Shown here: positions 17,181 through 24,813 of the stretch, in pieces
Layout of the letters: each line of letters opens with the position of its first letter
How positions within the stretch are numbered: the first letter of the stretch is position 1
Assembly: GCA_012798055.1 (NCBI GenBank)
Contig: JAAZOA010000144.1
Location: forward strand, 1 to 26,009
Length of the DNA: 26,009 nt
Source of the DNA: Syntrophomonadaceae bacterium
GTDB taxonomy: Bacteria > Bacillota > Syntrophomonadia > Syntrophomonadales > Syntrophomonadaceae
Direction of reading: 5' to 3'
Translations under genes and position numbers: made by a program
The notes under the pieces: generated by a model
The model's database searches: none
The model's input: the letters and a program-made list of their open reading frames with translations, nothing else
Told to the model about the DNA's origin: nothing

Positions 17181-18503
17181 TCAGGATCTTCCCTTGGCGC
17201 TGAAGCCTATGATTGTTATGCCCAAGGAAGCGGATACGATTGAGCCGCATATAACCGCCAGCTTGGCATTGTATATGGATACCGGGTCCTGAAAGGCCAG
17301 ATTGGTTACAAACAAGGACATCGTAAATCCGATACCGGCCAGACAGGCTGTGCCCAAGATCTGGGTCCAGTTTGCTCCCTCCGGTAAAGCAGACAGTCCC
17401 AATTTTACGGACAACCAGGTGAATAGTGTTATGCCCAAAGGTTTGCCGACCATGAGACCCAGGATGATGCCCAGGGAAATGCTGTTGAAAAGACCTGTGA
17501 TGCCGGTCCCCTCGGCCAAGTTCACGCCGGCATTGGCCAGGGCGAAAATCGGCAAGACAATATACGAAACTAAGGGGTAGAGGTTGTATTCCAGCCGCTG
17601 CAGGGGGGTATCCAGGTCTTCGCAGGCACAGACCAGATCATTCATCAACTTGCGCTGGAGCGGATCAACCATCATGATGTTGAAATCTTTTTCGGGGAAC
17701 TCTTCAATGATAGCCTGACTCTGTTGCCGGAATTTCTTCTGGTCAGAGATACTGCGGCCCGGGATAGTGAAGGCCAGCAGCACGCCGGCGATGGTGGCAT
17801 GAATACCGGAGAGCAGGAAAGCCAGCCACAGGGCCAAGCCCAGCAAGGCATAGGGATAGGTCTTCCTAACCCCGCGAAGATTGAGGACTATCGACATCAA
17901 TAAGATCAGAACCCCGAGCGTCAGGCTGATGATCTTGACCTGTTCGGTGTAGAAAATGGCTATTACCATAATGGCGCCCATATCATCGAAAATCGCCAGG
18001 GCCAGCAGGAAAACCTTCAGAGGAGTGGGGACAAGTCGCCCCAGGGCTACCAGGCAGCCCAAAGAGAAGGCGATATCGGTAGCCATGGGTATGCCCCACC
18101 CGGCTTGAGCCGGACCGGTCTGGTTAATAGACACGTAGATTATAGCCGGGACGATCATTCCTCCCAGGGCTGCCAGCGCCGGCAGAGAAGCTTGACCAAT
18201 ACTCGACAGTTCTCCCACCAGGACTTCGCGCTTTATCTCCAGGCCCACCACGAAGAAAAACATTACCATCAAGGCATCATTGACCCAGTGGCCCAGGCTT
18301 TAGAAGATCGAATACTGGCCCAGGCTGATGCAGAGGTTGGTATCCCATAGTGCAGAGTAACTGCCCGCATACTCCCAATTAGCCCAGCCAAAGGCTATGA
18401 TGGCAGCCAACACCAGCAGTACGCTGCCGATCATCCTCTCATCGAAAAATTTGAATACCGGTCTAAGGAAGTTTTTTATTTGGGTATAGGTATTGGCCTG
18501 CAA
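17181..18503 (-). pseudogene. nhaA: NhaA Na+/H+ antiporter interrupted by an in-frame TAA at 18300-18302
   Basis: ORFs 18300-18512 and 17181-18272 share a frame: ...[29 protein letters not shown]... Conserved ATDIA, AIFDD, SGIHAT, GKPLG and AGIGFTMSLF. Probable TTG start at 18503 after AGGAG. Confidence 0.88.
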
Positions 18504-18702
18504 CTGCCTCACTCCTGTAAGGATAACGGTACACCATTGTGATTAAACAAGTAATTAGGTCGGTTTCGATAAGATTTTACTGCTTAAGGCTGGATAACAC
18601 AAGGAAGAGGCCGGTTTGCAGGTGCGGGCCAGCGACTGCGCCGAATCCTGTAAACAGTTCGGCGGTGATTTAAGGCTAATGCAGGATAAGCCCAGGCGGG
18701 TG

Positions 18703-18740
18703 TGGTATAATTATCCTCGTGAAAACGGAGGATAATTATG
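18703..18740 (+). promoter_or_regulatory. Extended -10 (TGgTATAAT) embedded in a 12-bp inverted repeat covering the SD and ATG of yabM
   Basis: TG 18703-18704 and TATAAT 18706-18711; ataattatcctc (18707-18718) pairs with gaggataattat (18728-18739). Confidence 0.7.
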
Positions 18741-20288
18741 GATAAGAGCGGGACCTTTTTGAAGGGCGCCCTGGTTTTAAGCGTGGCTGGCGCCCTCAGC
18801 AAAATCCTGGGAGCCCTATACCGCATTCCCCTGGCCCGGTTACTGGGCGGTGAGGGGATGGGGCTTTACCAGATGGCCTACCCTATTTATACTGCTATCC
18901 TGGCCCTGGCTACCGCCGGTGTCCCAGTGGCCATCAGCGTGCTGGTGGCCCGCAAGGAGACCCAGGGTTATAGCGGGGACAGCCAAAGGATATTGAAAGT
19001 CTCCCTGGTGGTAATGCTCATATTCGGCTTTCTGCTGACCGCCCTGGTGATGCTCTGCGCTCCGGCCATTGCCAACCAGGTTCTCCACCAGCCCCGGGCT
19101 TACTATCCCATCATGGCGGTTGCACCGGCTATCTTTTTTTCCAGCCTCTTGTCGGTTTTCCGCGGCTATTTCCAGGGCTATCAGCGGATGATGCCTACCG
19201 CGGTTTCTCAAGTGATAGAACAGCTCTTCCGTGTGTCGGCGGTCATCACCCTAGCCTATCTGCTGTTCCCCCGCGGCTTGGAATATGCCGCTGCCGGAGC
19301 CACCTTCGGCGCTGTGGTGGGAGGAGCGGTAGGATTGGGTGTGCTGGTCATCTACCTTGTGAATTTCAGGCGCAGCCAGCCTGCCATCGAGGGACAGGTG
19401 CTATACAGCGGGGCTGCTTCCTCCACCCTGGCCCGGGAAATGATAGCCCTGGCTATACCGGTATCATTCGGGGCTTTCGTCCTGCCGCTGGTCCATGTCC
19501 TGGACGCCATCATCGTACCCGGCCGCCTGCTGGCCCTGGGATACAGCTCCTCCCAGGCCACAGCTCTGTACGGACAGCTCTCCGGGATGGCTGCGGTACT
19601 GATCAGCCTGCCCACCATATTCACCATCAGCATCGCCACCAGCCTGGTCCCGGCCATAAGTGAAGCCTGGACTCAAAAGCACCGGCCCTTGCTCAACCAG
19701 CGCCTGAATAATGGCTTGAGAGCAGGGATGATCATATCTTTTCCCTGCGCCGCAGGTCTGTTCGTGTTGGCGGTGCCTATCTGTGCCCTGCTCTACGCCA
19801 CCCCGGAAGCCGGGATACCGCTGGAACCTCTGGCCTTCTCAGCAGTGGCCCTGGCAGCCTTTCAATTGTCCAGCGCCGGGCTGCAGGGGATAGGTAGGCC
19901 CGAGATAGCCATGCGCAACCTTATCATAACCGGGGTGCTGAAAACCATCTTCAATTATTCCCTGACCAGTGTGGCCCTATTGAATATCAAGGGAGCGGCT
20001 ATCGGCACCGTCGCTGCATTCGCGGTGGGTTCCGCCCTTAACATCTACTTCCTGAAGCGGCTCACTGGAGTCCGCTACGAAGTAGCCCGCATGGTGAGGC
20101 TGCTCATGGTGACCATCGCTATGGGGATCAGCGTGGTGCAGCTGTACGGTTTTATGGTTGCCGCAGGTACAGGTTCTGCCCTGGCCACCGCCGTCTCCAT
20201 TGCTGTGGGGGTGCTGGTATACGGGGGGCTGCTCCTGGTGATCCGCGAGCTGGACCTGGACATGCTGAAAAAGACTATCCACCGTTGA
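18738..20288 (+). CDS. yabM: MOP-superfamily flippase, YabM/SpoVB/MurJ-like polysaccharide biosynthesis protein
   Basis: SKILGALYRIPL.R.LGGEGMGLYQMAYPIY, RGYFQG...M.PTA.SQVIEQ and about 14 TM segments; synteny upstream of mazG. Confidence 0.88.
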   Translation: MDKSGTFLKGALVLSVAGALSKILGALYRIPLARLLGGEGMGLYQMAYPIYTAILALATAGVPVAISVLVARKETQGYSGDSQRILKVSLVVMLIFGFLLTALVMLCAPAIANQVLHQPRAYYPIMAVAPAIFFSSLLSVFRGYFQGYQRMMPTAVSQVIEQLFRVSAVITLAYLLFPRGLEYAAAGATFGAVVGGAVGLGVLVIYLVNFRRSQPAIEGQVLYSGAASSTLAREMIALAIPVSFGAFVLPLVHVLDAIIVPGRLLALGYSSSQATALYGQLSGMAAVLISLPTIFTISIATSLVPAISEAWTQKHRPLLNQRLNNGLRAGMIISFPCAAGLFVLAVPICALLYATPEAGIPLEPLAFSAVALAAFQLSSAGLQGIGRPEIAMRNLIITGVLKTIFNYSLTSVALLNIKGAAIGTVAAFAVGSALNIYFLKRLTGVRYEVARMVRLLMVTIAMGISVVQLYGFMVAAGTGSALATAVSIAVGVLVYGGLLLVIRELDLDMLKKTIHR

Positions 20289-20342
20289 TGTGGCCGGCCT
20301 TCCCGCCGGTCAGAGCGAGTGATATTGAGAAGGAGGAAGCCG

Positions 20343-21110
20343 ATGAGCACAAGCGGCGACGCCCTGGACGAATTGCTGGGGATCCAAAAGCGGCTGCTGG
20401 CCCCGGGAGGATGCCCATGGGACCGGGAACAGGACCACCAGTCCCTGATACGTTACCTAGTTGAAGAGACTTATGAGGTCATCGAGGCTATAAATGAAGG
20501 AGACATGGACAAGCTGCGGGAGGAACTGGGCGATCTTCTCCTGCAGGTCGTATTCCATGCGGCCCTGGCCGAAGCCAGGGGTGATTTCGATTTCGCCGCT
20601 GTCACCAGGACGGTAAGCCAAAAGATGGTTGATCGCCACCCCCATGTTTTCGGTACCATGCCTTTGCACACCAGTGAGGATGTACTGGACAAATGGGAAG
20701 GCTTCAAGCGCCGGGAAGGCAAGCGGCACCTGCTGGAAGGCATACCGGCGGCCCTGCCGGCCTTGTTGCGGGCCCAGAAAATCCAGGAAAAGATGGCCCG
20801 GGTCGGCTTTGACTGGCCCGACATAGAAGGGGCGCGCCGGAAGCTTCAGGAGGAACTGCAGGAACTGGAAGAAGCCGCGACTCCGGAGGAAATCCTGGGT
20901 GAAGTGGGGGATGTCCTTTTCGCCGTAGTCAACCTGGCCAGGTTCCGGAATATAATCGCCGAACAGGCCCTCCAAAAGGCCAATGATAAAGTCAGCCGGC
21001 GGTTCCGCTATATCGAACAGAAGCTTGAAGAATCGGGCCGCAGCTTTGCCGAGATGAGCCTGGCAGAAATGGATGCCTGGTGGGACGAGGCCAAGGCCCG
21101 GGGGCTATAG
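20343..21110 (+). CDS. mazG: Nucleoside triphosphate pyrophosphohydrolase (tandem-domain MazG, no N-terminal methylase domain)
   Basis: GCPWDREQ, EETYEV.EAI, EELGDLLLQVVFHA, KMVDRHPHVF, GFDWPD and E.GD.LF..VNLAR; AAGGAGG SD. Confidence 0.93.
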   Translation: MSTSGDALDELLGIQKRLLAPGGCPWDREQDHQSLIRYLVEETYEVIEAINEGDMDKLREELGDLLLQVVFHAALAEARGDFDFAAVTRTVSQKMVDRHPHVFGTMPLHTSEDVLDKWEGFKRREGKRHLLEGIPAALPALLRAQKIQEKMARVGFDWPDIEGARRKLQEELQELEEAATPEEILGEVGDVLFAVVNLARFRNIIAEQALQKANDKVSRRFRYIEQKLEESGRSFAEMSLAEMDAWWDEAKARGL

Positions 21111-21169
21111 AGTCCCCGGGACTGTAAACAGCGGTAAAAAGGCAGCGAGAGAAAATTTTTTCACAAAAA

Positions 21170-21194
21170 AGGATTAATGGCCGTGAGGGCGAAT
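21170..21194 (+). promoter_or_regulatory. Candidate sigmaH promoter of hup-yabO
   Basis: AGGA-N17-GAAT, matching the B. subtilis sigmaH consensus; B. subtilis hbs also has a sigmaH promoter. Confidence 0.6.
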
Positions 21195-21246
21195 AGCCTA
21201 AGTATACTGCAGATTTTGCGACTATAAAAAGTAAAGGAGGGATATC

Positions 21247-21519
21247 TTGAATAAGACCGATTTAGTAAGCGCCGTGGCAGGACAAGCCGGAATTACCAAG
21301 AAGGATGCGGAAAAAGTCATCAATGCATTTTTCACCACTGTTGCAGATGCCCTGAAAGCTGGGGATAAAGTCCAGCTGATCGGCTTTGGTACCTTTGAAG
21401 TCAGATCACGCCAGGCCCGTAAAGGCAGAAATCCACAGACTGGTGCCGAAATCAATATACCTGCATCCAAAGTGCCGGCTTTCAAACCGGGTAAAGCCCT
21501 GAAAGACGCTGTCGACTAG
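21247..21519 (+). CDS. hup: DNA-binding protein HU
   Basis: MNKTDL, GFGTF, GRNPQTG and [13 protein letters not shown]; TTG start after AAAGGAGG. Confidence 0.97.
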   Translation: MNKTDLVSAVAGQAGITKKDAEKVINAFFTTVADALKAGDKVQLIGFGTFEVRSRQARKGRNPQTGAEINIPASKVPAFKPGKALKDAVD

Positions 21520-21520
21520 A

Positions 21521-21763
21521 ATGCGTCTCGACAAATTCTTGAAGGTCAGCCGGATTATCAAACGCCGTACTGTGGCCAAAGACTTCGCTGAACACGAACG
21601 AGTGACGCTCAATGGAAAAGTGGCCAAACCCTCCGCCGAGGTGAAAGTAGGGGATGTCCTGACGGTTAGGGCTGGAGGCAAGGAAGCTTCTTACCAGATC
21701 CTGAAGATCGTAGATAATGTTAACGCGGCTGAAGCCAAGGAACTTTATAAAAGCTTGGATTGA
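21521..21763 (+). CDS. yabO: S4-domain RNA-binding protein (YabO/RqcP, Hsp15-like)
   Basis: MRLDKFLKVSRIIKRRTVAK...NGKVAKPS.EVKVGD; conserved position in the yab cluster. Confidence 0.92.
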   Translation: MRLDKFLKVSRIIKRRTVAKDFAEHERVTLNGKVAKPSAEVKVGDVLTVRAGGKEASYQILKIVDNVNAAEAKELYKSLD

Positions 21764-21781
21764 TAACATTAGTTTGACCGG

Positions 21782-21812
21782 TCACCCTGTTATTTACAGG
21801 GTGATTTTTTTT
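21782..21812 (+). terminator. Intrinsic terminator after yabO
   Basis: tcaccctgt-tattt-acagggtga followed by T8. Confidence 0.9.
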
Positions 21813-21869
21813 GGCCTTAGCCAGGGCAGGAGGCGGGACCGGAAGAGAAAAAATTTTTTGTCCACAGGG

Positions 21870-21895
21870 AGGAATATTAAAACCGGGCCGAGAAT
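21870..21895 (+). promoter_or_regulatory. Candidate sigmaH promoter of the HTH-divIC unit
   Basis: AGGA-N18-GAAT, downstream of the yabO terminator. Confidence 0.5.
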
Positions 21896-21954
21896 AGAGA
21901 AGTAGCAAAAATGTCGTCATATTGTGGAAATAATGTGGATAGTGTGTAATAATA

Positions 21955-22194
21955 ATGAAGATAGAAATCAGGGGAGCCGAGAAATTGAGTTTCCGGGAGC
22001 GACAGGTAGTCGTGCTGAAGGAGATGGGCAAAACCAGCCCGGAAATCTGTAAAACCCTGCAAATAACCGCCAGCACCGTGGCTACTCTATACAACCGGGC
22101 GCGGGCCAAGGGTTATGAAGTGGTGATAGTGCTGCCCGGAGATACCCTGGGTATTTTTGGAGGTGAGGAAGAAGATGCCGAAGCAACTGAATAA
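21955..22194 (+). CDS. Small sigma70 region-4 / LuxR-like helix-turn-helix protein
   Basis: LSFRERQVVVLKEMGKTSPEICKTLQITASTVATLYNRA fits the LS.RE..V..L...G....EI...L..S..TV HTH pattern; acidic tail; no clear SD. Confidence 0.7.
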   Translation: MKIEIRGAEKLSFRERQVVVLKEMGKTSPEICKTLQITASTVATLYNRARAKGYEVVIVLPGDTLGIFGGEEEDAEATE

Positions 22195-22462
22195 TCCCCG
22201 CTTCAGGCTGGTGCTGACCGGTCTTTTATGCGCTTTGTTCCTGTTTACGATCGTGCCCCGGGCCAAAACAATTTATGAACTTTCATCCCGCAAGCATGAT
22301 TTGCTCGAGGAACAAAACCGTTTGCTGGCAATCAAAGCCGAAAGGGAACAGGTCCTCGCTACCGTCGATTCGCCGGAGAACATGGAGCGCATTGCCCGCG
22401 AGCAGCTGGGGATGATCAAGCCCGGTGAAAAGATTATCGTTCGGGTTCTAAAAAAGGAATAA
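22175..22462 (+). CDS. divIC: Septum formation initiator (DivIC/FtsB family)
   Basis: One N-terminal TM helix, a coiled coil and the ERIAREQLGMIKPGE signature. GGAGGTGAGG SD; overlaps the upstream gene by 20 nt. Confidence 0.88.
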   Translation: MPKQLNNPRFRLVLTGLLCALFLFTIVPRAKTIYELSSRKHDLLEEQNRLLAIKAEREQVLATVDSPENMERIAREQLGMIKPGEKIIVRVLKKE

Positions 22463-22476
22463 TTTACATTTCTCGA

Positions 22477-22505
22477 TTGACTAGATGCCCCTCATCCCAT
22501 ACAAT
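22477..22505 (+). promoter_or_regulatory. Candidate sigmaA promoter of yabR
   Basis: TTGACT-N17-TACAAT. Confidence 0.75.
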
Positions 22506-22541
22506 AAAATGTAGCACAAATTGAGGGGGATCTTAATTTCT

Positions 22542-22994
22542 ATGCCAACTGAACAGACTAATATTGAGCCTGGCGAGATTCTGGACGGGAAGGTTCAGGG
22601 TATCACCAATTTCGGGGCCTTCATCGAGTTGCCAGGGGGCTTGGTGGGATTGGTGCATATCTCTGAAATCGCTGACACCTATGTCAAGGATGTAAAGGAT
22701 TTTGTCAAGGAAGGCGACAGCGTCAAGGTCAAGGTGCTGAATGTGGCCGGCAAAAAGATAGGCCTGTCCATAAAACAGACCCTGCCGCCCAAAGCGGTGC
22801 CGCCCCGTGCTCCCAGACCGGAGGTCCGCGCCGATGCACCCCGGAGGGACAACAGGAACTTCGCTCCCAAGCGCAGCGAGGTGCCGATAAGTCTTGATGA
22901 TAAGATCGCCCGGTTCCTGAAGGAAAGCGATGAGAGAATGCAGCCCCTCAAGAATAAAATCGAGACCCGCAAACGCAGCAAGAATAATTACTAG
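22542..22994 (+). CDS. yabR: S1-domain RNA-binding protein
   Basis: GKVQGITNFGAFIEL.GG..GLVHISEIA..YVKDV, IGLSIK and C-terminal DDKIARFLKESDERM. Confidence 0.9.
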   Translation: MPTEQTNIEPGEILDGKVQGITNFGAFIELPGGLVGLVHISEIADTYVKDVKDFVKEGDSVKVKVLNVAGKKIGLSIKQTLPPKAVPPRAPRPEVRADAPRRDNRNFAPKRSEVPISLDDKIARFLKESDERMQPLKNKIETRKRSKNNY

Positions 22995-23003
22995 TCCATC
23001 GCC

Positions 23004-23037
23004 GAGCACTTCTTCTTAAAGAAGTGCTCTTATTTTT
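23004..23037 (+). terminator. Intrinsic terminator after yabR
   Basis: gagcacttctt-ctta-aagaagtgctc forms an 11-bp stem, followed by ttattttt. Confidence 0.8.
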
Positions 23038-23059
23038 GTCAAAGGAGCGGATATTGACC

Positions 23060-23938
23060 ATGCGTTATGGAGCAGTGGATATCGGCACCAACTCCTGCCG
23101 CTTGCTGATTGCCGAAGTGGATCGGTATCGGCAGCTACAGCCGATTTATCAGGTTATGGAGACTACCCGTATCGGAGAAGGTATGGATGGGTCCAGATTG
23201 CTTGGGGAGGAAGCCATGGTCCGCACTATTGCCTGCCTGGGCAGATTCAAAGAACAGCTGGATAAGATGCAGGTCGCAAAATACCGGGCGGTGGCGACTA
23301 GTGCTGTCCGGGAAGCGGCCAACCGCGCGGAATTCGAGGCCAGGGTAGCGCTGGAGACAGGGATGGATATAGAAGTAATAAGCGGCCATGAAGAAGCCCG
23401 GCTGAGTTATGAGGGCGTGATGCGGGGCCTGGAGCTGGACACAAGTCCCCTGGTAGTCGACCTGGGTGGGGGCAGTACTGAATTTATCTTCCCCGAACTG
23501 GATATGCTGATATCGGTCCAATTGGGAGCGGTGCGGGCTACTGCGGCCAAAATGACCGCGCTGCAGATGCGGGACAGTTTGAAGGAGCTCAGCTGCTTCA
23601 AAGACCGACTGGTCAGTCACCCCCTGGTGATGGTGGGAGGGGCGCCCAGCACCATGGTAGCCATCAAAAAGGGGATGCTGGATTACCGCCCCGACCTGGT
23701 CCACGGGGAACGGCTTTCGTTTGCTGAGATCGGGGATTTATATGAATTGCTGGAGAGCCTGCCCCTGGAACTGCGCCGCCGCCTCCCCGGCCTCCAGGCT
23801 GAACGGGCCGATATAATAAATAAAGGCGCCCTGATAATGTTGATCATTATGGAGGTCCTGGGCAAGAGAGAGATCATCGTCAGTGAGAGCGACATCCTGC
23901 ACGGGATTATCTGGTCCCTGGCTGATGCGGATAGCTGA
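23060..23938 (+). CDS. ppx: Ppx/GppA-family exopolyphosphatase / pppGpp phosphohydrolase (short form)
   Basis: DIGTNS, ATSAVREA.N, EEARL, DLGGGSTE and RADII; AAGGAG SD at 23042-23047. Confidence 0.9.
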   Translation: MRYGAVDIGTNSCRLLIAEVDRYRQLQPIYQVMETTRIGEGMDGSRLLGEEAMVRTIACLGRFKEQLDKMQVAKYRAVATSAVREAANRAEFEARVALETGMDIEVISGHEEARLSYEGVMRGLELDTSPLVVDLGGGSTEFIFPELDMLISVQLGAVRATAAKMTALQMRDSLKELSCFKDRLVSHPLVMVGGAPSTMVAIKKGMLDYRPDLVHGERLSFAEIGDLYELLESLPLELRRRLPGLQAERADIINKGALIMLIIMEVLGKREIIVSESDILHGIIWSLADADS

Positions 23939-23969
23939 TCACGGCTTAAGCGAAGAGGAATCGGAAGCT

Positions 23970-24008
23970 AAAAGGTACGGTCCTGTTTCAAACATAACCG
24001 TACCTTTT
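23970..24008. terminator. Bidirectional terminator between the convergent ppx and kinase-like genes
   Basis: aaaaggtacggt pairs with accgtacctttt (12-bp inverted repeat with A4/T4 ends), plus an inner tgtt/aaca stem. Confidence 0.85.
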
Positions 24009-24036
24009 CTCGTTGCTGACCGCTAAACAGTCCAGC

Positions 24037-24789
24037 CTAAGCGTCAGGCCAGAGGTCTGCTTCCCATTTTTCGGCATGGGGTGCCAACTGCCCCCTCAAG
24101 ATGGAGGCGAAACTCAGCAGGGATTTGAGCGCGTCTCCAGCCGGGTAATAGAAAGCGGTCCAGTTTTCATGGTCCTCCCCGTCATGGTTAGGGATGACAT
24201 AGTCGAATCTCCACGCCAGTGCCAGTTCCGAGGGTGCGCTGGCAGCCCGTTTCTCCACATTGGCCAGGTCGGGCTGGGAAAGAATGCCCTTCTGACGCTT
24301 GGTGCGCCGGAGCAGCTTGCGGCGCTGCATATCGATCAACAGTTCCGGCAGAACAGCCCCCTGTTCCTTGAACCACAAAATCTCCTGGCGGGATAAGGGG
24401 GACAAGAATATTTTGAGCATGGGGGTCGCGGACAACTCCGGCAGGTTCCACAAGGCCTGGGGGATGAAGGGGTTGCCTTCAAAAAAAGCATCCCTCCCGC
24501 TGGCCAGTACAGCCTCGAGCTCGGCCAGATCCAGCCCCTGCAAATCACCCCGCACCTCCAGGACTATAAACCCCGGGCGGTTCATTAGGGTTTCTATTTC
24601 TCGGCGTGACCGGAAGTAATAATCCACCCCCTCCTTTTCCCCCGGGCGGGGGGAGCGGCTGTTGTAAAGGACCAGCTTGTGCAGATTTTGCGCCACTTCC
24701 GGGAAAAATGACTCCAGTGTCTCGCACAGCGGCCCCTTGCCGACGCAGGAAGGACCGCCCAACATGATCAGCCTGCCAGTGGTTTTCAT
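24037..24789 (-). CDS. Divergent guanylate-kinase-like P-loop kinase, substrate unknown
   Basis: P-loop GGPSCVGKG, SRSPRPGEKEGVDYYF (Gmk consensus TTR.PRPGE.DGVDY.F) and FDYVIPN. Other GMP-site positions are altered. Confidence 0.7.
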   Translation of the reverse strand: MKTTGRLIMLGGPSCVGKGPLCETLESFFPEVAQNLHKLVLYNSRSPRPGEKEGVDYYFRSRREIETLMNRPGFIVLEVRGDLQGLDLAELEAVLASGRDAFFEGNPFIPQALWNLPELSATPMLKIFLSPLSRQEILWFKEQGAVLPELLIDMQRRKLLRRTKRQKGILSQPDLANVEKRAASAPSELALAWRFDYVIPNHDGEDHENWTAFYYPAGDALKSLLSFASILRGQLAPHAEKWEADLWPDA

Positions 24790-24813
24790 GGCTATGCCCC
24801 CTCTGCTCTGTCT

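Noticed and set aside
17142-17182. ggcgatgg on the minus strand resembling a fluoride riboswitch start
   Set aside because: It lies immediately after the nhaA stop, and the remaining consensus (GTTCNCC...GCTRATGAC) is absent.
18300-18302. Genetic-code recoding (Sec/Pyl) of the nhaA stop
   Set aside because: The codon is TAA, not TGA or TAG, and no other gene here is interrupted.
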